64,000 nt of DNA from an uncultured Gemmatimonadales bacterium (GTDB lineage Bacteria > Gemmatimonadota > Gemmatimonadetes > Gemmatimonadales > GWC2-71-9), in NCBI GenBank assembly GCA_963828735.1, contig CAWHFW010000005.1, positions 1,728,001-1,792,000 on the forward strand. Reading direction: 5' to 3'. Below are positions 44,936 through 54,870 of this stretch, one piece after another; the stretch's first letter is position 1; every line of letters starts with the position of its first letter. Both the position numbers and the translations under genes were made by a program. A model generated the notes under the pieces. It was not told the DNA's origin and ran no database searches. It saw only the letters and a program-made list of their open reading frames with translations.

Positions 44936-47590
44936 ATGGCCGATCCCCCTGCACGACTCACCGCCGCTCTTGCCGACCGGTATCGCGTGGAGCGCGAGCT
45001 GGGGCAGGGCGGGATGGCGACCGTGTACCTCGCGGAAGACCTCAAACACCACCGCAAGGTGGCGCTCAAGGTGCTCCGCCCGGAGCTGGCCGCGACCCTC
45101 GGCCCGGATCGCTTCTTCCGCGAAATCGAAGTCGCGGCGGGACTCCAGCATCCGCACATCCTCCCGCTGCACGATTCCGGCGAGGCCGCCGGTTTCCTCT
45201 ACTACGTCATGCCGTTCGTCGACGGCGAAAACTTGCGCGGGCGCCTCACCCGCCATGGCGAGCTGCCGATCCACGAGGCCGTGCGGCTGCTCGCGGAGGT
45301 CGCCGACGCGCTGGCCTACGCCCACCGGCAAGGCGTCGTCCACCGCGACATCAAGCCCGACAACGTCCTGCTCTCCGGGCGCCACGCCCTGGTGACCGAT
45401 TTCGGCGTGGCCAAGGCGGTGAGCGAGGCCACCGGCCGGCAGCAGCTCACCACGGCGGGGGTGGCCCTGGGCACGCCGACCTACATGGCGCCCGAGCAGG
45501 CAGCGGCGGATCCCCACCTCGACCATCGGGTGGACATCTACGCGGTCGGCGTGATGGCGTACGAGCTGCTCGCCGGCCGGCCGCCGTTCACCGGACGGTC
45601 GTCGCAGGAGGTGCTGGCTGCCCACCTGACTCAACCGCCGGAAATGGTGTCGTCACTGCGCCCGGCGGTGCCCGAGGCGCTCGCCGCGATCGTGATGAAG
45701 TGCCTGGCCAAGCGGCCGGCCGATCGGTGGCAGTCGGCCGAGGAGCTCGCGAGTCAGCTCGAGCTGCAGCTCACGCCGAGCGGCGGCGTGACGCCTGCCC
45801 AGACGCGGCCGATGGCCGCGGTGGCGTCGCGGCCATCGCGCCGGCTGCGGGTCGGCGTCGCGGGTGCGATCGCGCTGGGGCTCCTGATCGGCGGGCTTCT
45901 GCTCGCCCGGAGACCGCCGGCGCTGCCTGCCCTCGGCAAGCGCGCCGCGGTCACCCTCGATCCCGGCCTGGAGCTCAACCCGGCGATCTCACCCGACGGG
46001 AAACTGGTGGCCTACGGTCGGGTCACGCCGACGGAGAGCCGCCTCGTGGTGCAGCAGCTCGCGGGCGGCGAGCCGGTCACGGTGGCGCGCTGGCCCGGGA
46101 GCCTGGCGCCCGTGTCCGCCTGGTCGCCCGACGGCGCACGGCTGCTGTTCAGCTCGCCGCGCGGCCTCGAGGTCGTGCCCGCGCTCGGCGGTGTGTCCCG
46201 CGTCTTCGCGAGCCAATCGCCCGACCTCCGCCTGGCCTGGGGCACGTGGTCGCCCGATGGCAACCGGATCGCCTACTCGAGCGCTGACACACTCTACAGC
46301 CGTGGTCTCGAGGACGACGCACTGAAAGCCCTGGCGCGGCGCCCGCAGGCCCACTCGGCGGCTTGGTCGCCCGACGGGCGGTGGATCGCGTTCGTGTCGG
46401 GCAACGTGCAGTACCCGACGATCGCCAACCTCGCACCCAGCTCCATCTGGGTGGTGTCGTCCCAGGGCGGCGAGCCGATCCGCATCACCGACGACCGCCC
46501 GCTCCACGCCAGTCCGGTCTGGCTGCCTGACAGCCGCGGGCTGCTCTACGTGTCTGACGAGGACGGAGGACGGGACATCTATGTCGCGCGGCTCTCGCGG
46601 TCGGGCACTCCGGAAGGCTCGGCCGTGCGGCTCACGACGGGACTCCACCCGCACACGATCAGCCTGTCCGCCGACGGACGGCGCCTGCTCTATTCCCTCT
46701 ACACCGAGACGTCGAACATCTGGGCGGTGGACCTGCAGCCCGGCCGTTCGGTGTCCCTGCACGATGCTCGGCCCGTGACCACCGGATCGCAGGTGGTCGA
46801 GGGGTTCAGCGTGTCGCCCGACGGCCAGTGGCTGGCGTTCGACTCGAACCGAAACGGGAAGCAGGAGATCTGGCGGATGCCGCTCGACGGCAGCACCCCG
46901 CCGACCCCGATCTCCTCCGGGCCGGAGGACGAGTTCCAGCCCTCCTATTCACCCGACGGAAAGTTCGTGGCCTTTCACGCCGTTCGCACCGGCGGCGTGC
47001 GCGACGTCTACCTCGTGCCGGCGGAGGGCGGGAGCCGGACCCGAGTCCCGCTCGCGACGACGAACAATCTCGTGCCGCGGTTCTCGCCCGACGGTCGCTC
47101 GCTGCTGTACACCGTCTGGGGCGACGACGGCAGCTTCTCGGTGCAGGCCGTGCGGCGGTCCGCCGACGGGGCGGGATGGGATCATGCAAGCCAGTTGTTC
47201 AAGGTGCCGTCGTTCACCACCGGTGGGGGCGACTGGTCCCCGGACGGGAAGTGGGTGACCTTCGTCCAGGGCACGCAGGTATTCCGGATCGAGATCGGCA
47301 GCGACCACCCACCTGAGCTGGTGGTGTCCATGCCGGCGGGATTCACGCCGTTCTACACCCGGGCCAGCCCCGATGGGCGGAACGTGTACGTCAGCGGGGT
47401 CCGGGGGGACGGGACCTATCTGATCTACGTCTGCCCGGCGGCGGGAGGAACGCCGCGCGAGGTGGCGCACTCCGAAGGTCCGACGTACCAGAACTTCCGA
47501 TTCCCGTTCAACCTGCACGGCAACCGGCTGTTTGTTTCCCTGGCCGACCCGCAGAGCGACATCTGGATGGCCGAGATGACGCGGCCCTAG
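44936..47590 (+). CDS. Ser/Thr protein kinase with TM helix and TolB-like (PD40) beta-propeller
   Basis: RELGQGGMATVYLA, VALK, HRDIKPDN, DFG; many WSPDG repeats. Confidence 0.92.
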   Translation: MADPPARLTAALADRYRVERELGQGGMATVYLAEDLKHHRKVALKVLRPELAATLGPDRFFREIEVAAGLQHPHILPLHDSGEAAGFLYYVMPFVDGENLRGRLTRHGELPIHEAVRLLAEVADALAYAHRQGVVHRDIKPDNVLLSGRHALVTDFGVAKAVSEATGRQQLTTAGVALGTPTYMAPEQAAADPHLDHRVDIYAVGVMAYELLAGRPPFTGRSSQEVLAAHLTQPPEMVSSLRPAVPEALAAIVMKCLAKRPADRWQSAEELASQLELQLTPSGGVTPAQTRPMAAVASRPSRRLRVGVAGAIALGLLIGGLLLARRPPALPALGKRAAVTLDPGLELNPAISPDGKLVAYGRVTPTESRLVVQQLAGGEPVTVARWPGSLAPVSAWSPDGARLLFSSPRGLEVVPALGGVSRVFASQSPDLRLAWGTWSPDGNRIAYSSADTLYSRGLEDDALKALARRPQAHSAAWSPDGRWIAFVSGNVQYPTIANLAPSSIWVVSSQGGEPIRITDDRPLHASPVWLPDSRGLLYVSDEDGGRDIYVARLSRSGTPEGSAVRLTTGLHPHTISLSADGRRLLYSLYTETSNIWAVDLQPGRSVSLHDARPVTTGSQVVEGFSVSPDGQWLAFDSNRNGKQEIWRMPLDGSTPPTPISSGPEDEFQPSYSPDGKFVAFHAVRTGGVRDVYLVPAEGGSRTRVPLATTNNLVPRFSPDGRSLLYTVWGDDGSFSVQAVRRSADGAGWDHASQLFKVPSFTTGGGDWSPDGKWVTFVQGTQVFRIEIGSDHPPELVVSMPAGFTPFYTRASPDGRNVYVSGVRGDGTYLIYVCPAAGGTPREVAHSEGPTYQNFRFPFNLHGNRLFVSLADPQSDIWMAEMTRP

Positions 47591-48543
47591 GCCGGGATCG
47601 GGATCTGGTCCTTGTACCGCGCCAGCCACTGGTCGTACGTCATCATGTCCGGCACCAGGCTGCGCGAGAAAGCGAGGTCGCGCGCGCCGGCGTAGTAGTC
47701 GTTGAAGTCCCGCTTGAACTGGAACATGTTGCCCAGGTCATCCGCGCCTGGAAAGTCGAAGCTGCGGTACACGTCCGGCGACACGTTGGTGTAGTCGACC
47801 TCCTTTCCAAGCGCCCGACTCAGGCCCGCGGCCAGCTCCGCGCCGGTCTCGTGGCCGCCCGCGATTCCCACCGTCCGGCCGATGAATTCCTTGCCGCGCT
47901 TGAAGATCGCGTAGGCCGCCTTCCCGATGTCCTCGACGGCGATGGCGGGCAGCTTCTTGTCGTCCAGCGGGAGGACGAGCGCCAGCTTGCCGTCGGGTCC
48001 GCGCTGCGGCCCAGCGCCGAAGTAGATGAAGTTGTCCCAGTAGAAGGACGTGAGCAGGAACGTGGTGGGAACGCCGGAGCGCCGGAACGCCTCGTCGGCC
48101 TCACCTTTGGCGTCGAAGTGGGGGACCTTGTGCTTCCCCTTGATCGTCGGCATCCGCGCGTCGTGGAGCGGCACCCACCGCCGGGTGTCTTCGAGCGTGG
48201 ACCAGATCGCGTGCTGCACGCCGGCGGCCTTCGCCGCCTTGGCCAGGTTGGTCGCCTGCTCCAGCTCCTTCTGGGGCGAGAAGTGCTCCCAGAAGTTGGT
48301 GATGCAGAACGCACCGTACGCCCCGGCGAACGCGCGCTCGAGGCTCTTCTCGTCGTCGAGGTCCGCCGCCACCACCTCGGCGCCGGCGGCCTCGAGCGCC
48401 TTGCCTTTGTCCGAATCCGGGTGGCGCGTCAGCGCGCGCACCTTGAATTGGCCGTTCTTGTCGGCCAGGATCGCGCGAACCAGACCGCCACCCTGTGCGC
48501 CCGTGGCGCCGACGACCGCGATCACCTTCTGCTGCTCTGGCAT
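47587..48543 (-). CDS. NmrA/HSCARG family NAD(P)-binding protein
   Basis: VVGATGAQGGGLVRA, TNFWEH, VPHFDAK. Confidence 0.9.
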   Translation of the reverse strand: MPEQQKVIAVVGATGAQGGGLVRAILADKNGQFKVRALTRHPDSDKGKALEAAGAEVVAADLDDEKSLERAFAGAYGAFCITNFWEHFSPQKELEQATNLAKAAKAAGVQHAIWSTLEDTRRWVPLHDARMPTIKGKHKVPHFDAKGEADEAFRRSGVPTTFLLTSFYWDNFIYFGAGPQRGPDGKLALVLPLDDKKLPAIAVEDIGKAAYAIFKRGKEFIGRTVGIAGGHETGAELAAGLSRALGKEVDYTNVSPDVYRSFDFPGADDLGNMFQFKRDFNDYYAGARDLAFSRSLVPDMMTYDQWLARYKDQIPIPA

Positions 48544-48590
48544 GACAACTCTCCTGCTACGTGTGGGTCATTCATGAAATGAACGGCGCG

Positions 48591-49043
48591 TCAGGGCACC
48601 AACGCATCGCACAGCCGCACGAGCTGTCGCAGGTCCCTCTCGCTCAACGTGGCGGTGACGGCCGTCTGCGTCGCGTAGACGTCCGGATCCACCCGGTCGA
48701 GCAGCGCGAGCCCTGTCTTCGTGATCGTGGCGACCGATTCCCGCCGATCATCCGGATTCCGCACCCGCGCCACGAGGTGCTGGCGCACCAGCCGGTCGAG
48801 CATGCGGGTAACGTCGGGCGCGCGGTGGATCATCCGGCGCGCCACCTCGTTCCGCGGATGCCCGCCCGGGTACACGCCGCGCAGGATGCGGAGGACGTTG
48901 TACTGGTCTGCGGTGATCCCGTGCCGCTCCCACACGGGAGCCACCGCCTGCTCCAAGGCGTCGGCGGCCACCATGAGGCTTACCACTGCCTCGTCCGCGA
49001 GGGTGCGGAACCGGCGCTGCTGGAGTCGCTCCCGGATCGGCAT
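48591..49043 (-). CDS. MarR family regulator
   Basis: GITADQYNVLRILRG...DVTRMLDRL...DDRRES...ITKTG. Confidence 0.9.
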   Translation of the reverse strand: MPIRERLQQRRFRTLADEAVVSLMVAADALEQAVAPVWERHGITADQYNVLRILRGVYPGGHPRNEVARRMIHRAPDVTRMLDRLVRQHLVARVRNPDDRRESVATITKTGLALLDRVDPDVYATQTAVTATLSERDLRQLVRLCDALVP

Positions 49044-49046
49044 GGC

Positions 49047-49077
49047 GACAATATGTGTTGTAAACACGTATTGTCAA
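49047..49077. promoter_or_regulatory. MarR operator palindrome overlapping its leaderless promoter
   Basis: GACAATAtGTGTT-gta-AACACgTATTGTC; minus strand TTGACA-N16-CATATT-N6-ATG. Confidence 0.75.
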
Positions 49078-49195
49078 GAGGGCGGGCCCCGGACCGGCAT
49101 GCGCTCGAGGCGAGCACCGGGGCAGGAGGGGCGGCGCCGTCTCGCGGAATCAACGCGTCCGCCGCCGCCCTCCCCGCTTGCCTCCACCCAGCGAG

Positions 49196-50228
49196 TTACC
49201 CCGCCTGGGTCACCGCGCGGCGGAGCGCTCCGAACCGCTTCCGGTACTGCGACGGCGTCAGATGCACGTGCCGCCGAAACAGCCGCCGGAAGAACGCCGC
49301 GTCCTCGTACCCCACCTCGAACGCGACCGCCTCCGCGGCCCGGTCGTCACGCTCGAGCAGCTCCTTGGCCGCCTCGAGCCGCAGCATGTGCACGTACTCC
49401 AGGGGGGACATCCCGGTGGCCGCCCGGAAGCGCCGCTTGAACGAGCGCTCGGCGATCCCGCTCAGCCGGATCATCGCGGTCACCGGCGAGGCCTCGCGGA
49501 AGTGCTCGGCGATCCAGCCCTGGCAACGGGCGATCAGAGCGTCGCTCACCTGTCGTGTGCGCGCGAGCCGGGCGAACGGCTGCTGGCCGACCCGGTGCCA
49601 GTCGATCAGGTTGATGCGCGCCACGTGCATCGCGGCGTCGACTCCGGCGAACCGCCCGATGAGGTAGAGCGCGAGGTCCTGCCACGACGTCCCGGCGCCG
49701 GCCATGACCAGGCGCTGCCCCTCGCCGGCCAGGACGAGGGCCCGCTCGGGGTGCACCCGGATCTTCGGAAACTGCTTGCGAAGGGTGTCCGCGTAGGCCC
49801 AATGCGTCGTCGCGTCCTGTCCGTCGAGCAGACCCGCCAGCGCGAGCAGCACCGCCCCGGAGCACGCGCTCGCGACGACGGCGCCCGCCTCGTAGCGCGC
49901 CCGGATCCACTCGATCTCTCGATTGAAGCGGTCGCCCAGCTTCGCCGCCCGGCGGGACAGCGAGCTCGGGGACACAGACGATGTCGGGATGGCCGGCCCC
50001 TTCGAGCGTGAGATGCGGCAGGATCGTGACCCCGTTCGCCGCCTCGAACGCGCCGTCCGTTGCGGCGACGACGGCGGCCCGCATGAGCTCGGGGCCGGGC
50101 TCGCCGTCCACCACGAAGCCCCAGTCCCGCCCCGCCGACACGAACAGGTCGTACATCCCGTAGACGGCCGAGGCGGTCGTTTCGGGGTAGGCGAGAACCG
50201 CCACGGCGGTCGGGCGCGCGTGAGACAT
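49196..50228 (-). pseudogene. GlxA-family (DJ-1/PfpI + AraC) regulator interrupted by a frameshift
   Basis: N-terminal half in ORF 49347..50228 (to DIVCVPELAVPPG); the rest (KLGDRFNREIEW...ACSGA...ATTHW...RSFKRRF...VGYED) is in ORF 49196..49975. Total 1033 nt = 3n+1; switch near 49945. Confidence 0.8.
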
Positions 50229-50332
50229 GGCCGGTTTGCCTCGTTTCGTGCAGGAATGGCCTAGGTGGCTCCGGGGCGCGGCCGTTACCTTCGCCCTGTG
50301 AGTTCATCCGGAACACTATGGAGGACGGAGCC

Positions 50333-51286
50333 ATGAGCAAGTATCGGAAGCGCCTGCCCCAGCTTGGCGAGGATCTCTTCCTGACCGACGGAGGCCTCGA
50401 GACCACGCTGATCTTCCAGGAGGGCGTGCCGCTCACCTGCTTCGCGGCGTTCGATCTCCTGCGGAACGAGGAGGGAACGGCGGTGCTCCGTCGCTACTTC
50501 GAGCGCTACGCCGGGATCGCGCGCGAGCAGGACCGCGGCCTCGTGCTCGAGACGCCGACCTGGCGCGCCAATCCGGACTGGGGCGCCAAGCTCGGCTACG
50601 ACGCGGGGGCCCTGGCTGACGCCAATCGGCGTTCCGTGGGCCTGCTGCTGGAGATCCGCCAGGCCTTCGAGCGCGGCGGCACGCCCATTGTCATCAGCGG
50701 GAACCTCGGACCTCGCGGCGATGGCTACGTGGCCGACGCACGGATGACCGTGGAGGAGGCGCGCGCCTACCACGCGCCCCAGGTGGAGACGTTCGCGGGC
50801 ACCGATGCGGACATGGTGGCGGCATTCACGATGAACTACCCGGAGGAGGCGATCGGCATCGCCCAGGCGGCGCGGGAGGCCGCGATGCCGGTGGCGATCT
50901 CGTTCACCACCGAGACCAACGGGCACCTCCCATCGGGGATCCCGCTCGCCGATGCCATCGCGTGGACCGATGACGAAACGGAGGGCCATCCCGCGTACTA
51001 CATGATCAACTGCGCTCACCCCACGCACCTGGGCGGCGCGCTTGCCGTGGAAGGCGGCTGGCCGGACCGGGTGCGCGGCCTTCGCGCGAACGCGTCCCGG
51101 CGGAGCCACGCGGAGCTCGACGAGAGCCCCCATCTCGACGAGGGGAATCCGGACGAGCTGGCGGCGCAGTACCGCGAGCTGCGGGCGGCATTTCGCCGGC
51201 TCGCGGTGGTCGGTGGATGCTGTGGGACGGACCACCGGCATGTCGAGGCAATCGGACGGGCGATGCCGGCGCTGGCACGCGTCTGA
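50333..51286 (+). CDS. Homocysteine S-methyltransferase family protein
   Basis: LTDGGLETTL, GPRGDGY, YMINCAHP, VGGCCGTD. Confidence 0.9.
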   Translation: MSKYRKRLPQLGEDLFLTDGGLETTLIFQEGVPLTCFAAFDLLRNEEGTAVLRRYFERYAGIAREQDRGLVLETPTWRANPDWGAKLGYDAGALADANRRSVGLLLEIRQAFERGGTPIVISGNLGPRGDGYVADARMTVEEARAYHAPQVETFAGTDADMVAAFTMNYPEEAIGIAQAAREAAMPVAISFTTETNGHLPSGIPLADAIAWTDDETEGHPAYYMINCAHPTHLGGALAVEGGWPDRVRGLRANASRRSHAELDESPHLDEGNPDELAAQYRELRAAFRRLAVVGGCCGTDHRHVEAIGRAMPALARV

Positions 51287-51414
51287 AAGCGGGGGCAAGT
51301 GAAGCGCGCCGCGAGCGGTGTCCGCGTCGCGACGCGCTTCAGGCTTTCCGACTCACCTCGACGCGACTGCCACTTTCGTCCGGCCGTCTACGCCCCTCCG
51401 CGACATCCTCCCAC

Positions 51415-52161
51415 CTATCCCACCGGTCTCGCCACGAGCCGCGCCTCGGCTCGCCTCTCCTGCCGCAGCCGCCGCAGTGCGAGCACGTGCAGAATGACCG
51501 AGAGCGGTACCGCGAACGTCGGCACGAGAATCAGGGGAAACACGCCCATCGCCGCGGCGGCGGGAACCCGGCTTCCAAGGTCCGGAGCGAGATAGGGCGC
51601 GAGCACCCCGGTTCCCATGCCCACGGCCACCACCAAGTCCAGGATGCCGACGGTGTTCCACGCGATCGCGAGCGTGCGCGCCCCGGCGGCGCGCCGGGCG
51701 AGGGCGAGCGCCACCAGCGGCGCCGTAACGCCGACGAGGATGTCACCCCAGCCCGCCGGCTGCGCGAAATACCCCGGGAGCTGGCCGAGGGAGAGAAGGA
51801 TCAGGAACAACACGCCCAGCACGCGATAGACCTGCACGCCCACCAGTCCGGGCAGCGACGCCGCATCGACGGCCCGACGCACGGAAGGTGAGAGCAGGAC
51901 GCCCGCCAGCGCGACGGCGAACGACCCCAGCGCGAAGATCGGAATCAGCGGCGTCAGAGAGAACGGGTCGCGCCCGGCGACGGAGGCCGCTGACGGAGCC
52001 AGGGCGAAGGCGAGGCCGAGCCAGCCGAACAGGAACGCGGCGAGTCCCGCGCGTACGCGGGGCGAGGCCGACGCGCCTAGGATCCGCCAGACGGCGATGG
52101 CCGCGAGCGGCTGCACCAGCACGATGGCGACGGTGATGAAGCGGGGAATGACGGGAATCAT
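51415..52161 (-). CDS. Membrane protein of unknown function
   Basis: Multiple TM segments; QVYRVLG, PAGWGDILVG, WNTVGILDL, FPLILVPTFAVP...H. Confidence 0.75.
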   Translation of the reverse strand: MIPVIPRFITVAIVLVQPLAAIAVWRILGASASPRVRAGLAAFLFGWLGLAFALAPSAASVAGRDPFSLTPLIPIFALGSFAVALAGVLLSPSVRRAVDAASLPGLVGVQVYRVLGVLFLILLSLGQLPGYFAQPAGWGDILVGVTAPLVALALARRAAGARTLAIAWNTVGILDLVVAVGMGTGVLAPYLAPDLGSRVPAAAAMGVFPLILVPTFAVPLSVILHVLALRRLRQERRAEARLVARPVG

Positions 52162-52472
52162 GGAATCCTCCAGCAAATGTCGTTAGGTGTATATACACAT
52201 ATACGCTGGCGACCGCAAGAGGAGGGAAAGGGAGCGGTTTGTGAGTGGGGACAGCCGGAAAGCCCGCGCAGCGCCTCAGCCGTCTCGGCCACGAGCGCTC
52301 GCACGATCGTGGCGGCCGGTTGCTCGCCTCGCGCGAGGCGCATCTCACGATAGTCCGCCATGGTGGCCTCGTTGCCCCGGCGCATCTCCCCGATCACGAT
52401 GATGGCGTACATCGTCTCTGGCCCTGTCATCGCCGCGATCGTCCGCCCCGGGCGCGGCGCGGGACGTCCTCG

Positions 52473-53690
52473 TCAGATGCCGACTGCCTCCGCGTCCTCG
52501 ATGCGGCCGGCATGGGGCGACCGATCGCCGACGTCGAGCCCGGGAAGCCAGGCGGTGAGCAGCCCGAGCGCGGGGAGATACGCGCACAGGCGGTAGACGA
52601 ACTCGATGCTCGTGTGGTCCGCGAGCCGGCCCAGCACCGCCGCCCCGATGCCGGCGATACCGAACGCAAAGCCGAAGAAGAGGCCGGAGATCATGCCGAC
52701 CTTGCCGGGCACCAGCTCCTGCGCGAAGACCAGGATCGCGCTGAAGGCGGACGCGAGTATGAACCCGATCACCACGCTCAGCACGCCGGTCCACGCCAGG
52801 TTCACGTGCGGGAGCGCGAGGGTGAACGGCAGTACGCCGAGGATCGAGCACCAGATCACGAGCTTGCGGCCGAAGCGATCGCCCACGGGGCCGCCGATGA
52901 TGGTCCCGGCGGCCACCGCGGCCAGGAACGCGAACAGATGGAGCTGCGCGCTCTGCACGCTCACGCCGAACCGGTGAATGAGGTAGAAGGTGAAGTAGCT
53001 CGAAATGCTCGTCAGGTAAATGTACTTGGAGAAAATGAGCACGATGAGCACGCCCAGCGCGAGCCGGACCCGTCCCGGCGACAACGTCGGATGCCCCTGC
53101 GACGGGGTGGACCGCAGGGCCGCGGCTCGGGCCCGGTGCCGGCGGTACCAGCCGCCGACCCGCCAGAGGACGAGGATCGCGAGCAGCGCCGCGACGGAGA
53201 ACCAGGCGACGCTCCGCTGGCCGCGCGGCAGCACCACGAACGCGGCCAGCAGCGGCCCCACGGCCGAGCCCGTGTTTCCGCCCACCTGGAACAGCGACTG
53301 CGCCATTCCGTGCCGCCCGCCCGACGCCATCCGGGCGACGCGCGAGCTCTCGGGGTGGAACACCGCCGACCCGAGCCCGACCAGTCCGGCCGAGACCAGC
53401 AGCGCGTGAAAGCTCGAGCTCACCGAGAGCAGCAGCATGCCGACGAAGGTGAACCCCATGCCGGCCATGAGAGAGTACGGCTTGGGACGATGGTCGGTGT
53501 ACAGCCCGATGAGCGGCTGCAGCAGCGATGCCGTGAGCTGGAAGGTGAGGGTGATGAGCCCGATCTGGCCGAAATCCAGGTGGAACCCGGCCTTGAGCAT
53601 CGGGTACATCGCCGGCAGCAGCGCCTGCATCATGTCGTTGAGCAAATGGCAGAAGCTGATGGCGAACAGCACGGACAGGGCGGTGGGCAT
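52473..53690 (-). CDS. MFS transporter, Fsr (fosmidomycin resistance)-like
   Basis: ISFCHLLNDMMQ, FHPESSRVAR, QSLFQVGGN, GDRFGRK. Confidence 0.9.
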   Translation of the reverse strand: MPTALSVLFAISFCHLLNDMMQALLPAMYPMLKAGFHLDFGQIGLITLTFQLTASLLQPLIGLYTDHRPKPYSLMAGMGFTFVGMLLLSVSSSFHALLVSAGLVGLGSAVFHPESSRVARMASGGRHGMAQSLFQVGGNTGSAVGPLLAAFVVLPRGQRSVAWFSVAALLAILVLWRVGGWYRRHRARAAALRSTPSQGHPTLSPGRVRLALGVLIVLIFSKYIYLTSISSYFTFYLIHRFGVSVQSAQLHLFAFLAAVAAGTIIGGPVGDRFGRKLVIWCSILGVLPFTLALPHVNLAWTGVLSVVIGFILASAFSAILVFAQELVPGKVGMISGLFFGFAFGIAGIGAAVLGRLADHTSIEFVYRLCAYLPALGLLTAWLPGLDVGDRSPHAGRIEDAEAVGI

Positions 53691-53737
53691 CGAGTAAGGT
53701 AGCACCGGGTCGCAGGCGATCCGGAAGCCCGCTCCAC

Positions 53738-54250
53738 TCACCGATCGGCCGACGGGCAGCGCTCCGGGGGCGCGGGTGTGAAGGTGGACGCCACGGTGGT
53801 CATGCGCCATCCGCCGTCGCGCCACGCGTAGGTGGCGGCATAGGCCGAAACGAAGCGGCGCCGCTGCCTGCCGCCGCGCGCGCCAGGCTCCTCCCGGTCC
53901 ACACACACGACCCGCGCCACCCAGGCGAGCGAGGCATCGTCGGAGAGATCGATTCTCGGCGGCTCGAGGTCATCCCAGGCGTAGTATCTGGCGCCCGCGA
54001 AGTAGCGCTCGAACATCGCGTGCACGGCCTCGCGCGGCTGGAGGCTCACCGCGCCCGCGTCGAGCGAGACCAGCGTGTCGGCGAGTGAGGATGCGAGCAA
54101 GGCGGCATCGGTCGTGAGGTGGGCCCGCCTGCCTTCGGCGAGGACGCGGTCGAGCGCGGCGCGAGCCGAGGCACTGCGCGCGGCCGGGGACGCGCCGCCT
54201 GCGCCGCAGGCGGCGAGCAGTGCCAACGCGAACGGTAGCAAGCGAGTCAT
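53738..54250 (-). CDS. Lipoprotein with NTF2-like (DUF4440) fold
   Basis: LLAAC lipobox; DASLAWV...TYAWRDGGWRMT. Confidence 0.65.
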   Translation of the reverse strand: MTRLLPFALALLAACGAGGASPAARSASARAALDRVLAEGRRAHLTTDAALLASSLADTLVSLDAGAVSLQPREAVHAMFERYFAGARYYAWDDLEPPRIDLSDDASLAWVARVVCVDREEPGARGGRQRRRFVSAYAATYAWRDGGWRMTTVASTFTPAPPERCPSADR

Positions 54251-54326
54251 GTGGCGCGGCATCCTGAGCGGGGGTGTTCCTCCGGACGCAGGCCCGCTCG
54301 CGACTGTTTCGAGGAGCGCGGGAGCC

Positions 54327-54758
54327 TCAGCCGGCCCGGGTCAGCTCCTGGTACAGCTCCCACGCGCTGCGCTCGACCCAGCGCTCGGCAAGCCGGCCAT
54401 CCCGGACGGCCCAGATGGCGATGCCGGTGAACGCGACCGCTCGGCCATCGGCCGGCAGGCCGAGCATGCCCTGGTTCAGCCCGGTGCAGATCCAGCGCGA
54501 GACGACGCGATCGCCGGCCGCGTTGGCGAACGCCTCGACGTTCAGCGTGCGCGCGTGGAACAGGTGGCGCTGGAACTCGGCCACCCACCCCTTGAACGCA
54601 TCCCGGCCGCGGACCGCGCGGCCGCCGGATGTGATGATGTAATCGGGCGTCATGAGCTCATCGATGGCGGCGAGCTCGTGCGACGGTCCCCAGACCCGCT
54701 CGAGGAATTCGACGGCGAGCCGCTCGGCGACCTGAGCGGGCGAAGGGTCGTGCGGCAT
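54327..54758 (-). CDS. SnoaL-like ester cyclase
   Basis: AIDELMTPDY, GRDAFK, GDRVVSRW, VAFTGIAIW...DGRLAERW. Confidence 0.85.
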   Translation of the reverse strand: MPHDPSPAQVAERLAVEFLERVWGPSHELAAIDELMTPDYIITSGGRAVRGRDAFKGWVAEFQRHLFHARTLNVEAFANAAGDRVVSRWICTGLNQGMLGLPADGRAVAFTGIAIWAVRDGRLAERWVERSAWELYQELTRAG

Positions 54759-54810
54759 GGATGGCGCTCCTGACAGGGGAACAGCCTGGCGTCCCTCGAA
54801 GAGGGAATGA

Positions 54811-54829
54811 TAGTTGACAAAAGCAACTA
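54811..54829. promoter_or_regulatory. Palindrome between the ester cyclase and MarR-GNAT genes
   Basis: TAGTTG-acaaaag-CAACTA. Confidence 0.6.
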
Positions 54830-54870
54830 ATTGGCGAAGCTTGGGATGGTCGCCCTCTCGGAGCATCTGT

